Part shown: piece after piece, positions 37,166-54,900 of the stretch
How the letters are laid out: each line of letters opens with the position of its first letter
How positions within the stretch are numbered: position 1 is the first letter of the stretch
Assembly: GCF_009914755.1 (NCBI RefSeq)
Contig: NC_060936.1
Source: the human T2T-CHM13v2.0 reference genome, Homo sapiens
DNA length: 64,000 bases
Reading direction: 5' to 3' (one strand)
Program-made: the position numbers and the translations under genes
The notes under the pieces: generated by a model
The model's database searches: none
What the model saw: only the letters and a program-made list of their open reading frames with translations
Told to the model about the DNA's origin: nothing

Positions 37166-37362
37166 TAACCATGCCTCTTAATGCATTACTAATGCATTTG
37201 CTCACAGGGCCAGTGGCTAGGATTGGGGATCTGCTTTTTTTGGCATTCGGCTGCTCACACTTCCAGCCTGGACAAACGTCTGAGCACTGGGAAACAGCCC
37301 TTCTCCAGATATTTGCTAGGAAACATCAGTGGAGTACTGACCACAATACCTAGCCCTCCTAC

Positions 37363-37476
37363 CTCTCTCTGCCCAGCACAGTGCCCCAGAGGCAGCGGGG
37401 CAGCCGGTCCCTCAGTGGAGCTCAGGGAGGGGGAGGCTGGTGGCTCTGATGGTGGCTGGAGTGGAGTGAGTGGGAT
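37363..37476 (-). CDS. NCKAP5L: NCKAP5L coding exon (IPLTPLQ...GQRE)
   Basis: 114 nt, ctgcag| and |gtagga, phase 0. Confidence 0.93.
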
Positions 37477-38298
37477 CTGCAGAGGGAGAGGCAGAGTTAG
37501 CACAGTAGCTGTCTGACCCCAGCTCCCTACTCCCTCGCAAAGCCAGGCCTTCCCCTCTGAGTCCGCTCCTTCACGGAGGACTCCCAGACTCCCAGCCCCA
37601 AATGCAGCTCTTGCTGCTGCCCCACCCACCGGTAAGAGAAGCCTCAGGAGACCACAGCACAGGCAGATCTAGGGTCTCAGAGTGAGACTGGTCAGAGGGC
37701 TTTGGAGAAACATGAATGTCCCGAGCCCAGAGGGCCACAGCCAGTCTAACTCTGGGTGCCTTTCTTAGCTCCAGGCCTGCTTTACTTTTCTGTGGGGCTT
37801 CCTCTCCTCTCACAAAGAGGGTTACCGCAAAGGTCTCTTCCTGTTCTGACCACCTGGGATCTGAGGATCATAGGGACAGCTGAGATAAATGGTCTTAGAT
37901 GGTCTTAGGAAAGAGATGGCAGGGAGTTATAATATTTCTGTCTCCCCTACCTGGTCTCATGTGGAACATCTACTCTGAGGACTGAAAAGGCAGGATTTAA
38001 TCATTCTCAGTCCCTGAGAATGTAATTTCCTTCTCCTGGGCATCTTGTGGCTAGATATAAGTCAGCTTTAACTCCTCCCTCTCCCTCATTCTTCACAGCC
38101 TTTAAACCCTGTCTCTGCAGCGCCCCTCAAGGCCCCCTGCCCCACAACCTATGGCCAGCTGCAGCAGCGCCTCCAGCCCAGTTCTTCCTGCCTCTGGCCT
38201 GCACTACTCAGCATCTCATTCAGTCTCCTTGACCTGGTTTGGTGGTCTTTCAATCTCCTGTGCACAAGAGAACCTCAAGCATCTTTTTTTTTCTTTAA

Positions 38299-38629
<331 letters not shown>

Positions 38630-38913
38630 TCATTTTCTTTTCTAAAGCATTTTTGTGCTCAAAAGCCTCCTATGCCTGCCCATTGCCCATGGAAACAAGT
38701 GTGAACTCCTCTGCAGGCATTCCGGGCCTGGCTGGCCAGCTCTTCCCATGCCACCGTCTCCACCTTGCTGTCTCCCTCACTGTCCCTTCACACGTACTTT
38801 GCTCCAGCCAAGCTGCACAGCTTGCTGCTCTCTGGGCTTCCCTGCCCTTGGATCTTTGCTCATGCTGTTCTTTCCACAGGGATCCCTCTGCCCCAGTCCC
38901 CATTCCACTCTTA

Positions 38914-39310
<397 letters not shown>

Positions 39311-39539
39311 TCACACTCTGCCTTGTGGCATGGCGTCTCTACCTCCCTGAGCTCCCAACAGTCCCAGGGTCCTGGGCTCCTGTTGGCCTGCAGAGGCCTC
39401 AGCCCTTAGACAGGGCCTTGTGATGCAGTCCAATTCCATACGTGTTGTCAAAGGCACTGCTCACAGTAAGAGCTTAATTGGCATTTGTGCAAAGGGGCTT
39501 TCACCCTAGCAAAGCACAAGCTGGGAATCACATCATAAA

Positions 39540-39765
39540 CAGCTGCCACTGACTGACTATCTACTGTGGGCCAAGCGCGACACATCATCTCATTGAATCT
39601 TCACGTCAACTGCAATATGGGTATTTTTATCCTTATCTGTAAAGAAAAAACTATAGTCTGTAAACCTTAGTAATTTGCCCCAGGTCACACAGCTAAGAAG
39701 TAGCTAAGTTAGGGATCCAACCCAAGTTTATCCGAGGCCAAGCTTCGTGCTCTTTCCATTATGTC
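39540..39765 (-). mobile_element. MIR
   Basis: TAGTAATTTGCCCCAGGTCACACAGCTAAGAAGT. Confidence 0.75.
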
Positions 39766-40860
39766 ATGTTACCTCTGGGGAAGATAAATCTATTGGCCCA
39801 AACCCCATGAGGTTCCAGAATTCATTTAGGTAAAAAGTAAATGATTTAAGGACACTCGACCCCTCTGTTATCAGCAGTCATTGAGAAGAGTGTGCTGGGG
39901 TGGGCTGAGCTGCTGTGGTTGGGCCTCCGGGGATTCCAGGGTGAACCCTGCCACAGGGACAGATCTAGGGCAAGGAGAACTGCAGAGTCACTGCTGTGGA
40001 CTCTGACCCAGCTCTGTGCCAACCTGGCGAGACGGGGGCTCCAGAGTGGCCATGGTGACAAGGGGCCGCCTCTGCAAGGGCCAAGCTACCAGTGAGCAGA
40101 GGGGCTGCCTGCTCAGGGGCTGGGGGCCAAGAGCTGCCCAGTTTGCCTCAGACAGACACAAACACGCACACCCCCCTCCCCCATACACACACACAGAAAA
40201 GTGCTTCTCTTCTTGTCAAAGTGAGGGGAAGGGGCTGGCTAACCTCAGAAACAACCTGCTGCTCACCTCAGGCATCTGGAGCTGCTCCTGATCCTCCCAC
40301 CCCCATGTCTTACCCCATCCTTGGGGGTTCCTCACAGAGTAACCTCAAGTGACACCTTAACTCAGCCCAGGAGTCACTCCCAATAGCCTCCTGCTTCTCC
40401 TGGGGAAGGGAGGTGTCAGGGCTCCCAGCAGAGACTGTCTGTGAACAGTTATCAGAACCGAAATGTCTTTCCTGACCTCTCTGTGACACCATACCCTAGG
40501 CTGCCTAACACCCAGCCCTACCCCTGTGCCCGGCCAAGAAGAGGCTGTGTCAGTGGCCAAATAAGCCTCTTGGAAGCTTGAAATAATTGCATCTGCAGAC
40601 TCCACCCATCTCCCCACCCAAGGCAGGAGCAAGTGCAAAGCTCTGTCAACAAGAAGGGACACCCTCCCGCTGGTGGGGAGCACTGGGAGGAGGGAACGGC
40701 CAAACCCAGGGGACTTGGGTAGTTTCCATACCCCCAGAATGGAAGGTGGACAGCTGATGGCCTGCTTCCCTAGGGGCACGTGAGAAGACAGTGATGGGGC
40801 CGATGGAGCCGAGGAGGCAGGAGGCAGTGCGATGGGAGTGAAAGGAGCGCAGATGCCTAC

Positions 40861-40980
40861 CTGAGGGAGCGAGCCTGTCGTGAGCTGGAGTTTCTGCTGA
40901 AACAGGGCACTCAGCATCTGGTTCTGCCGTTCCAGGTCAAACACTCTCTTCTTCAGCTTGATGCACTCCTCTCGCAGGTC
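40861..40980 (-). CDS. NCKAP5L: NCKAP5L coding exon (DLREECIKLKKRVFDLERQNQ...SLPQ; coiled coil)
   Basis: 120 nt, cag| and |gtaggc, phase 0. Confidence 0.95.
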
Positions 40981-41211
40981 CTGCCGCCCACCCCGGGAAG
41001 TGCAGGAAGAAGAGGTGAGGATGGTGGGAGAGTGTCACAGTGCTCTTCATCAGAGCAGCGGCATCTGTCTGGAGGCCCCAGGACCCTTCTGGGCACACAC
41101 TTCCGCTGCAACCTCCTTCTATGAGGAATCTAAGCCTGCCGATGTTGGTAGCTATAGCATCTTCTAGGGATGGTAAATTCTCTAAAGTTTATCACCCCTG
41201 GTGGGAGGTAA

Positions 41212-41559
<348 letters not shown>

Positions 41560-41970
41560 CTCTGCCTCTTAGAAACCACACATCAAAAAAGGGCCTATAT
41601 AAGACAGAGCAAGGCCTTGGAGTTAAAGTGGCCCCAATGTCAAGAAGTTATCCACCATAGGTGAGTAAATATTCAGATGCCATTTAGGCTCACAACATCA
41701 ACACTGCTTTAAGGGCTATCACAACCTGGAAAAGCCAGCTGGGGACAGGGTAAGGGAAGAAGTCATGCTCAAATCAGTGACCACTGCTCAGAGACCTGGC
41801 CTTACCTAGTCCCACCTCTGTCTCTAGGTAGAACAGAATGGACCCGCCCAAGGCGGAAAGACGGGGAATCACTGGAGGGCAACAGCCCATGTCCTCCAAG
41901 CCCTTAGTCTCCAGGAAGGGTCTCATCTGCTGTGCCCAGGGCTTCTCCCCAGGGTGTCTGGGTTACTCAC

Positions 41971-42009
41971 CTTCTGGTTCAGCAACGCCTGTACCACATG
42001 GTTGGCAAC
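41971..42009 (-). CDS. NCKAP5L: NCKAP5L 39 nt exon (VANHVVQALLNQK)
   Basis: ccccag| and AAG|gtgagt, phase 0. Confidence 0.94.
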
Positions 42010-42109
42010 CTGGGGACAGAAAGCCCCGAGGCAGAGCCATCAGCTGACCCCAGCTTCTGCCAGGAGCAGATGAGCCACATCCCCCCAGTCCCACTACAGA
42101 CCCACAGAC

Positions 42110-42178
42110 CTCGTCCAGACAGCGCTCATAAGTCTCCCGCTGGTTTTCGTTGGCCTGGGCAAGTGCCGAGTTCTCTGC
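42110..42178 (-). CDS. NCKAP5L: NCKAP5L coding exon (AENSALAQANENQRETYERCLDE)
   Basis: 69 nt, ctgcag| and |gtctgt, phase 0. Confidence 0.95.
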
Positions 42179-42934
42179 CTGCAGGAGTGAGGGAGGAAGA
42201 GGGCAAAAAGGTGGCTTTGGGGATTATTCTTCCCCCAGGGCACATTCCTTTTGGGAAAGGGGAGGCAACTACAGGGGTGCTAACTATACCCCCACTCCAG
42301 CTCTTGGCTGTGAGCAGATTCTCATATGAGGAATCCTGCAGAGGCCAAGGGCAGCAGGAGGGCAGGGCTGACCTGGGATGGTTTTCTATAAACCCCGACC
42401 TCAGTCAGTGGCAATGGGGGCTCTGGGGGATACAGTGGCCAAGTAGACCTGAGGTGGGAGGTGCCCACAGTAACCCTTATTTCCCTGGGAGACGGGCAGA
42501 GGAGGCTTTAGGGAGGATGACAGGGTGTTAAGAATGTGGTGAGGGGTGTGGTCTGAGGATCTGCACCCTTATCCCTCAACTCCTGAGCCATGGGCCATCC
42601 AGCCTCTTCCTCTTGTGGCCTCTGACCACCCCCTTTCCTAGAGCCTGCAGAGGCATGAGAGGTAAGGAAGGGAGGTGTTTGGGGGTTAGGACACTCATCC
42701 CTGTGCATGCTTCTTGTCCCCGAGCCGTCACTGGGCCGGGCAGCTAAGAGCAAGGAAAGGGCTTCTCAGAGGAGCTTTGCAAAAGAATGTTCTGCTAGCC
42801 TCCTGCCTGGCAAAGCAGGCCGAGAGGAAGGCCCATGGCACCCAAAAACCTGCAGGAAGCTCAGAGGGAGGGGCAGCCCTGCCTCCCCAGGGCTCTGGCT
42901 GGCACTGCTGCCCCTACCACGCCCCATGCCGCAC

Positions 42935-43057
42935 CTCCAGCTCCCGCAGTCGGTGCAGAAGCTCCTGGCAGGTGCCTGGCTCCATGCTGCCATCATCACC
43001 CTCTCCTGGCCTTGGGTTTCCAGGACCCCCAGCTGGCTGGTCCATGGCCTCTGACAT
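42935..43057 (-). CDS. NCKAP5L: NCKAP5L first coding exon, coding part (MSEAMDQPAGG...LRELE)
   Basis: ATG at 43057, 41 codons, GAG|gtgcgg donor. The exon probably starts at 43093 (tag| after a long pyrimidine tract). All 11 coding parts sum to 4005 nt = 1334 aa + stop. Confidence 0.93.
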
Positions 43058-44604
43058 CTGGCCCTGGGAACAAGGAAGAGAAGCCCCGGCAGGCTACTCC
43101 AGGGAATGAGGAGGAAGTGAGAAGGAGGAGGACAAAGATGAAACCCTTTAGTCTCCTTGGAGCTTAGGTCAGTGTGACCTATATGCATGACACTGTAATA
43201 ACTCAGGGCCAGGCTGGGTATCTCCTGGTCACGGTCACGGGGCAGACAACACAGATACTCTCCTCATCTTAAGAACAGAGACCATTGTTTTAGAAAGCCC
43301 CATACTCACACAAGAAACCTGATTTCTCTACTGGGACTGGCCTCAAGCTGGCACGTCATTCAGCCTCCCTGGGTCTCAGTCCCTCTATTTGTAAAATAAC
43401 ACCAATATCCCCTAATCTCATTCAGTGTTTGCAAACAAAGATTAGGTCTGTGAAAGTGATTTGAAGAAGTTAAAAAAAAACACTTAAAACACAAGACCGT
43501 TATTACTCATAACAGTAATAATAATTTAAACTAATTTAACAAGTAAGACAACTAGGATTTTGTCCTGGGCATCGGTGATCCCCTGCCTGGAGCAGGCACA
43601 TGCTTTAGATAGTGGAGACAATGGATAAAACCCTGGCTTTGCGGCCAAAAGCCTCTGCCTGGCTCTGCTTAGTATGAACTGGGTGAACATATGAAAACCG
43701 AGCTCATTCATTCACTCGGTCAACCAGATGATCCTCAGTTTCCTAGTTCTGAGAAATGGGCAGAAGAATTCTTCCTCCCTTACAGGGTCATTGTGAGAGT
43801 CAAATGTGACCACGTAGGGAAGAGCACCCTGAGAACACGACTCAGCACATGGGGAGAATACAGTTGAGCCTGGGGCCTGGCGCCCTTAGCTCTAGCTCTG
43901 GCTCCAGTGCTCACTTGCTGGGTTATCCCAGGGCAAGGTCCCGATCCCTGGGCCTCAGGCTCCTCCTGGACAAAGTGGGAAGTGCCCTGCACCCCTCCGG
44001 GGCTCTGCTTTCTAGCTCCAGCCTCACTAGGCACCCACTGCCCTGGCAGGAGCTAGGCCCCGTCAGATCAGGCTCTTTGTGCACGATGGTCCTTCTGCTG
44101 GGGTCTCTTGACACCACCCGCTCCTTTCGACTTGGCCAGCTCCTCCCTATTCATCCTTCAGGGCTCCCAGGCGATGCTCCTGCAAGATTGTACACCAGCC
44201 TCCCCCACCAGACAGTCAACTCCGTGAGGGCAGGAACACTGCATTTGCCTCCCCATCCAAACTCACATGCCTCCTGGTGGGATCCCTGGCATGTAGGAGA
44301 CAGACTGATGACTAGACGAAGCTCATGACCACATCCAGCACGGCCAGGGCTCAGACCTGCATCACACCATGGGATCCTCCCACCCCACCAAACCATTGCC
44401 ATTGTTGCTAGCTTGAACTGACTAGTCTTCATCTTCCAATTGAGTTCCAATTTCTCTGCTAGAGAAAAATGCTGTTTTTCTTTCATACAAATATTGTGGA
44501 GGTTTCCAGTAGATGGGCAACCCTTCCTATTATAAAAGGGTGGAAGCTTGGTCCATCACTGACTACCCCTTGTGCCATTGAAGCCCCCACAAAAGAAAAA
44601 TGGG

Positions 44605-44847
44605 GTTGGGCGTGGTGGCTTATGCCTTGTGACCTCAGCACTTTGGGAGGCCAAGGTGGGAGGATGGCTTACGGCTAGGAGTTCAAGCCCAGCCTGGGCA
44701 ACATACTGAGACCGCATCTACCAAAAGAAAAAAAAAGAAGTGGGAGGATCCCTTGAGCCCTAGAGTTCGAGGCTGCAGTGAGCTATGATCGCCACTGTGC
44801 TCAAGCCTGGGCAACAAAGCAAGACCGTTTCAAAACAAAAATAAAAA
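44605..44847 (+). mobile_element. Alu (AluJ-type, internally deleted)
   Basis: Diverged Alu arms with an A-rich tail. Confidence 0.85.
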
Positions 44848-44992
44848 GGCTTGGAGCTTTTGGACTATAGGAGAGAGGTGTCCTCAGCAGCTCACCATCG
44901 AGCCATCTGAGTGCTTGCTTCCTTATCCTCCACAGTGGAGCCCAGGGGTGCCTCTCCCACCCCCAGCATGCACAGGCCCCAAAGCCCCTCAC

Positions 44993-45054
44993 CTGTCTCT
45001 GCCCCCTTACGCAGGTGGGCACACTCACTCTAGCATCCAGAACGGTCACCTTGC
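44993..45054 (-). other. NCKAP5L: NCKAP5L non-coding 5'UTR exon (62 nt)
   Basis: Strong acceptor ((T)11 ctccacag|) with an upstream CTGAC branch-like site, and a CAG|gtgagg donor. Confidence 0.78.
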
Positions 45055-46259
45055 CTGTGGAGAAAAAAAAAAAGACGTCAGCCACGCACTTACTGGGCTC
45101 CTGCTATGTGCCAGGCACTGGGACACGGGACGAACAGCCAGAGACAGCCCAGCCGCTATGATGCTTCCACTCTATTGGACGAGGCCGACAATGTACAGCG
45201 TTGGGTTGTGATAAGGCACTGAGAGATGACAATTAAGCAGAGACCTGAATGAAGTCCAGATGAAATCCTGGAATGGGAAAGCATTTGGGACAGCAGAAAG
45301 AGCCAGTGCAAAGGTCCCCATCTCTCAGCCAGGAATCATCAGACAACAGAGGAGACTGAAAAGTCACACCTGGTACTTTACAACCCGGTTCTACAACATA
45401 CATTGTCTTGCCTCGTGCTCAACAGTTAACCACAACAATGTTAAATGCTATTATCAGTGCCTGTGTTTCAGATGAGGAAACCGAGGAACAGAAAGTTACA
45501 CTTGCACACACTGTGTTTACCCAGTGTGATGAATAGCACAGGCGCTTTCTTCCACACCATCCCATCCAGTTCTCCTAACAACCCTGGAAGGGGAGCACCC
45601 GCCTGCGGGAGGAGGCAGGCTCTGGGGCAGAGGATATTGCCCAAGTCACATGACTACTTCACAAAGCACACCAGACAGGCCTAGATTTTCCCACTCCTCT
45701 GCACACACCCAAGCTTCACTGTAAGCTCCACAGTAAAACAGACATTTAAGCTCCGTACAGCCCTAAGGCTCCCTGGAGGCTAGAAACTTGGGCTAGAAAT
45801 CTGACACTAAAGAATCTCTTTTCTCTTGTTCTCACTTGTAAAACAGGGATAAGAACACTTAGCCCAAAGGGTTGTTGGAGGACAAAATGAGATAATATAT
45901 GTAGAGTGTCTGGCGTGAATTCCATAAATGGAGACTTTTCATATCATCACCTGCTGACAGAGGCACAGTACAAAGCTATGGGGTTGTTGTGGAGCCTGCT
46001 GCTACCTTGTCCGTTCACACAGAGGCCGACTCCGAGTCCCAGGGCCCTTACCCAGGGGTCTCCGCTATAGGGGCACCTGAAGATCTCAGAATGCTGCTCT
46101 GCCCACCCTGCCCTCAGAGGCCTCCTCTCCAACTCCTCCCAGCCGGCCCTCCAGCCCCAGGGCCAGCCTTGCCTTCCCTCTTCTCTTCTATACCCCAGAA
46201 AGAGAAGCAGCTGGATGTTTGGGGGCTGGGATTACAGTGAAAAGAGAGAATGCTTCTTC

Positions 46260-46287
46260 GTGTGTGTGTGTGTGTGTGTGTGTGTGT
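46260..46287. repeat. (GT)n microsatellite, ~14 units
   Basis: Direct reading of the sequence. Confidence 0.97.
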
Positions 46288-49200
46288 ACACAACAGTGGG
46301 AAGGGGACTTCTGAAAACACTTGGAGGAAAAGGAAGACCTGTTTAATACTGATTTTTTTATTTTTTAAAGAGACAGGGTCTCACCTCACTGCCCAGGCTG
46401 GAGTTCAGTGGCACGTTCATAGCTCACTGCATCCTTGGCCTCCTGGGCTCAAGTGATCTCCTGCCTTAGCCTCCCAAGTGGCTGGGATGAGAGGCACGAG
46501 TCACTGTGCCTGGCCTCTAATGCTTATTGTTAATACTGTATAATAATCTGAAGTTTTTTATTTTAACATCATAAAAATGTATCATATTTAACTTGGTTTG
46601 CTCATAACATTATCACGTTTGATAGACTTAGAAATATACAGGCCTGGAAAAAAAATGAAAAATATTTAAGAATTATCTTCCTTCCCACACTCAAATGGGG
46701 TGAAACCCAGAATGTCTCAGGTCACCTCCAGCATCTGACCAGTGCCACCCTCACCCACAACTCTGGTCTCTGGGCCACTGTCCTCCCACTGCCTGCAGCA
46801 ACCTGCCCATCGGTCCCCAGCGTGTCCCTCAATCCCCTCACCATCAGAGGGGCTAGGGTGTGGCTGAGGTATGCTGTGGAGGAAGAGAAAAAAGTTGGGA
46901 GGGTGAGGGAAAGGAATGGGATGAAGAAGGCAGCATTCGGGGTCTGGAAAAGGATAACGCTAAGGACCGGGAAACCCTAAGATTTGTGTTCTTCACAAGA
47001 AAGCAACAACGAAACAATGTAGAGTATCTTTTCCCAAAATAATAAAAAAGCATCCAGGTTAAGAGCAAGGCCAGGCTGTGAGGACTGGCTGCGGACTCTC
47101 TATGTGTGCACGCAGTGGTTTTCTGTGTTGAGGAGCATGGAGACCCCACACACTCCACACAAAGCCAGGCATGGCCCCGATCCACAGCTGAGCCCCTGTG
47201 AATCCCAGGCCAGGAGGCCCGAGTTCCACTGAGAATGGGGGAGACCCTCCGATTTATGAGCCAGCCAGTGGTCACAGTTCTTCTTCTCAGAGTGCCCCAG
47301 CTGGAGTGGGGCTAGGACTCAGCCCCTCTTCAGGAGAAATACTTTCTGGCCTCACAGCGAGGGGGTCTGGGGTCAGCCCAGGATGAGGGGGCCTCCTCTG
47401 CATCTGCAGGGCCGTCACAGTGGAGGGCAGGAAGCTGTCACGGGGAAGAGACCTGCAGGAAAGCTTGGTGGTGGGGAGGAGCACGGGCCATGAGAGTCGG
47501 CCCAGAGTCTGAGTTCAAGATTTCTAAAGAAAACTTCCTGCGTCCTTACCCTTCTCTAGGGAAGGTCAAGATCCAGAGAGAGACCACCACCACCAGCTCC
47601 AAATCGAAGCCAAGTCAGGAATGTGGCCCTCTGGAGTCTGGGCTTTCTGCCTGCCTCTCATGGGGGATGCCTGCCCAGGCAGGCTTCGCAGTGGTGGTCC
47701 CTGCTGCCTCCCCAGGGGCTGAGCACCGCCTCCTCCCTCAGGACCCACAGCTCCTGCTCACAGCCATGAGCTCAGCCCGACCTGGGGCAGGGAAAACCCC
47801 AGGCTTCGGGTTTTTGGAATGGCTCTGGTTTCAGACATTCCTCTGGTGGCCCCAACACGTCTGGGACGCTGGGTCTGGACACACAGTGCCGGCCAGGCAG
47901 GGTCTGGGAACTCTAACTTGAACTGGAGGCTTCTCCCGCCGGAATTGCCATCCACAAAGGCCTGATTCTGAGGGAGGTGACCTCAGTGCAGGGGGAGGGA
48001 GAGAAGGAGGGGGGAGAAGAGCGGAGTCCTCTCTGGCTCGTCCTTCAGAGGGTGTGGGGAGGGGGCCAGTTTTCAGGCAGCCAGGGCCGAGGAAGGAGGA
48101 AACTTGCTCAGGGGTCTCTGGGTAACCTGGGCGACCACCATCTCTTCAGCCAAGTCAGTCACGGAGGGCCCCAGCTCTCCCTTCCCCCTTAAAGCCAGGA
48201 GGGGACAGGGGCTTTCAGGGCCTCCAAAGAGATCTTACTGTCCTGGCCTTTCAGTTAGCCAGACCAGAAGGGGTCTGTGGCTCCTACCTCCTCTCCAGCA
48301 GGGCACAGGCAAGACCCCTCCCTGAACAGAGACCAGGCATGGGAGGAAGGGGCTGGAGAGGCAGGCGGCAGCAAGCCTGTCCTCATTCCCTCACCCCGGC
48401 CCTTAGCCAAGGCCTCCTGGCCCCTGGTGAGCCCCTCATTCACCAGCTGTTCCCCCCAGAGTCCTCTAGGGAGAGAAGCCAGGGACCAGGAGTGGGGGAG
48501 GGTGGGCAGCTGTAGGAAGGCAGAGATGGAGAGCTCACTTAATCACAGAATCACCCGTAACACCAACCGCTTCCCTCCGCACCCTCCCCAGCTGCTTTCT
48601 GGAATCCCTCTTACCCTCCCAGCCCTTTTACCAGTCACACCCAAGAATCCACTTGTAAACAGCAACTTCTGTCCCCACAGCAAACACCCTTTCCAGCCAA
48701 GATCAGCCCTGGGCTGCTGAGGAGTGTGGGGAGGGATAGGAGGACTGAGGCCTGGCTCCCAGGGCACTTCTAGCCTGAAAGGGGCCACTTAATCCCTGAC
48801 CCAAAGCATCTTTCAGCCCTGAGAATTCCAACTGGTCTCCTCCCCATTCAGGGTAAGAGGGCAGACAAGAATTTCCTTCCCTCCTCCTGACAACTGGTAC
48901 TGGAGACACAATAGCCCTTCTGAGAGGCATCTGTCTTGGAAGGGGCCCCCTACATCCCCCCAACTTCCGTTTCACAGGCACTCCAAGCACCTCAACCACC
49001 ATGGTGTGAGTTCTTCCAAACCAGCTGCAGGATAGGTCCTCGGCCCTTCCAGGAAGGGAAGAAGGAAGGGCAGTCGTGTTATAAGCCCCAAAGGCCTCCA
49101 GATTTCAACATCCCTCATCTCCCCTCCCTCAGAGCCCTCCTGCTCCCTGTCCACAGCATAACCCAGTAACAAAACTAGCAGCTGCCGGGGGTGGGGGGAG

Positions 49201-49487
49201 GGAAGGGGGTGGGGAGAGGGAAGGGGTGCCGACACAATGGGTTTATTTATAGGACCACACACCAGGGGCTCTGCAGCCAAGTGGCCCAGGCCCCACTCCC
49301 AAAAGTCCAGCCCAGGCCGTCCTAGCCCAGCCGAGGGTACTGGAAACAGCCTTAGACCGGAAGGCAGAAGAGTCTAGGCATGGAGTCCAGTTCGAACTCT
49401 GCAATTAACTTATGTGCTGTGTGACTAGGCAAATCATTCCGTCTCCCCGAGATGAGTTTCTTCACGCCAAGTGGTTGTTGTTCTGCC

Positions 49488-49940
49488 ACAGTGGTTCCCA
49501 CAGTGGGGCCTAGGCACCCTGTGGCCCTCTCCAGGGGTCTGTAAGGTCAAAGCTGTTTTCCTAATACTACTACTAAGACACTATCTGCCTTTATTACTCT
49601 CATTCTCTCCTGAGTGTACAGTGGCATTTTCCAGATACTATGCTGTGTGATACCGCAAAAGATTGAATACCGAAGCAGACAGGAGAAGCCAGCTTCCTTC
49701 TATTAAGTCAGACAGAAGAAATTTGCAAAAATAGAGAACAATGACTTATTATTATTTGTGTTTTTGGAACATATACAATTAAATTTTTAAATAAAATATG
49801 TTAACATGTGATGGGTTTATTGCTATTTTTAAACAAATTAATTAAATAACTGTAAGTATAACATTTATAAACAAAAGCTCTTCGGGGTCCTCAAGTTTTA
49901 AGCGTATAGAAGGGTCCTCAGACCAAAAAGTTGGAGTCAT
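49488..49940 (+). mobile_element. hAT-Charlie non-autonomous element (Charlie4a/MER119-like)
   Basis: CAGTGGTTCC.. start; CTCTCATTCTCTCCTGAGTGTACAGTGGCATTTTCCAGA; ACAAAAGCTCTTCGGGGTCCTCAA..GGGTCCTCAGACCAAAAAGTT end. Confidence 0.7.
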
Positions 49941-49949
49941 TTTTCTAGA

Positions 49950-50115
49950 ACAGTGCTGTCCAGTAGAACTTTCTGTAATAATGAACATGCTTAGTCTGTA
50001 CTATCCAACATGGAAGCTATCTATTAGCTACACCTGGCTGCCGAACACTTGAAATGTGGCTAGTCCAACTGAGGAACTGAATTTTACATTTAATTTTAGA
50101 TAGCCACATGCGAGC
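49950..50115. mobile_element. MER3-like (hAT-Charlie) MITE
   Basis: CAGTGCTGTCCAGTAGAACTTTCTG.. and CACTTGAAATGTGGCTAGT..ACTGAGGAACTGAATTTTA. Confidence 0.8.
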
Positions 50116-51049
50116 TCAAGAAGTTCCCTGGGATTCCTCAACTTGCGTATTCTAGGACAATGCTTCTTTCCACAAGGAGTGGGTGTTGCAAAGGGACTCC
50201 TGTCCCCAGGCTTGTGCTTACGCGCTCTCTCACTCTCTTCCCCACCACAGAAGGCCAGCTCAGCCCCACTGTCAGTCCAGCCTGGCAATCCTGCCCAGCT
50301 CAAGTAAGAGAGCTGCTCTCTCATTCTGTGCCATGAGTAGCACACACCCTCTCCACTCTCCTATAACTTCTGGCTTACCACCCTCCTGTTTCCCCAGAGG
50401 ATTAAAGCCAGCAGAGGGGAACCCCCTCACACCTCCTGCCGCCACCCTCCCATCCCCCTCGGAACCCTCCCCACCTCCTCATCCACTATTACAGCAGATG
50501 AGTTGCCTGCTCCCGGGCAAAGCCAGTCCTGCTTGTCCCAGACTTTCCCCATTTACGTCTTCAGTATCTACCTCCTGAAGACAGCTTTCTCATCTACCCT
50601 TTAAAACTTAAAATCTTTAAATCTTAAAAACAATCTTCTCGTTGGGCACAGTGGCTCACACCTGTAGTCCCAGCTACTTGGGAGGCTGAGGTGGGAGGAT
50701 CACTTGAGGGACTCCGAGTCTGCAGCGAGCTATGACCCGGCTACTGCTGCACTCCAGCCTGGGCGACAAAGAGGGACCCTTTTTATTCTCTTAAACAAAC
50801 AAAAACAACAATCTTTGCTTGACATTTTCCCAGATACTGCCAAATTTCAAAAAATACTCTAGATACTTCAAAGCCAAACTTCTCAAAAAACAAAAAAGAA
50901 AATCCCAAAACCATCTTCTCATTGTTCCCTTAACCTGGTCCGACTTCAGTGGTAACCACCACGATGCTAAATCCAAACAATATTTTTCAGTCCTCATTGC
51001 CATCGCAGGTATAAGACCTCTGTGACCACTTCCTCCTGGACTTTTTTTT

Positions 51050-54900
<3,851 letters not shown>

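Noticed and set aside
46860-47060. UTR-like stretch with AATAAA at 47041 on the + strand
   Set aside because: No upstream exon structure, poly(A) tail or TSD to support an antisense gene or retrocopy.
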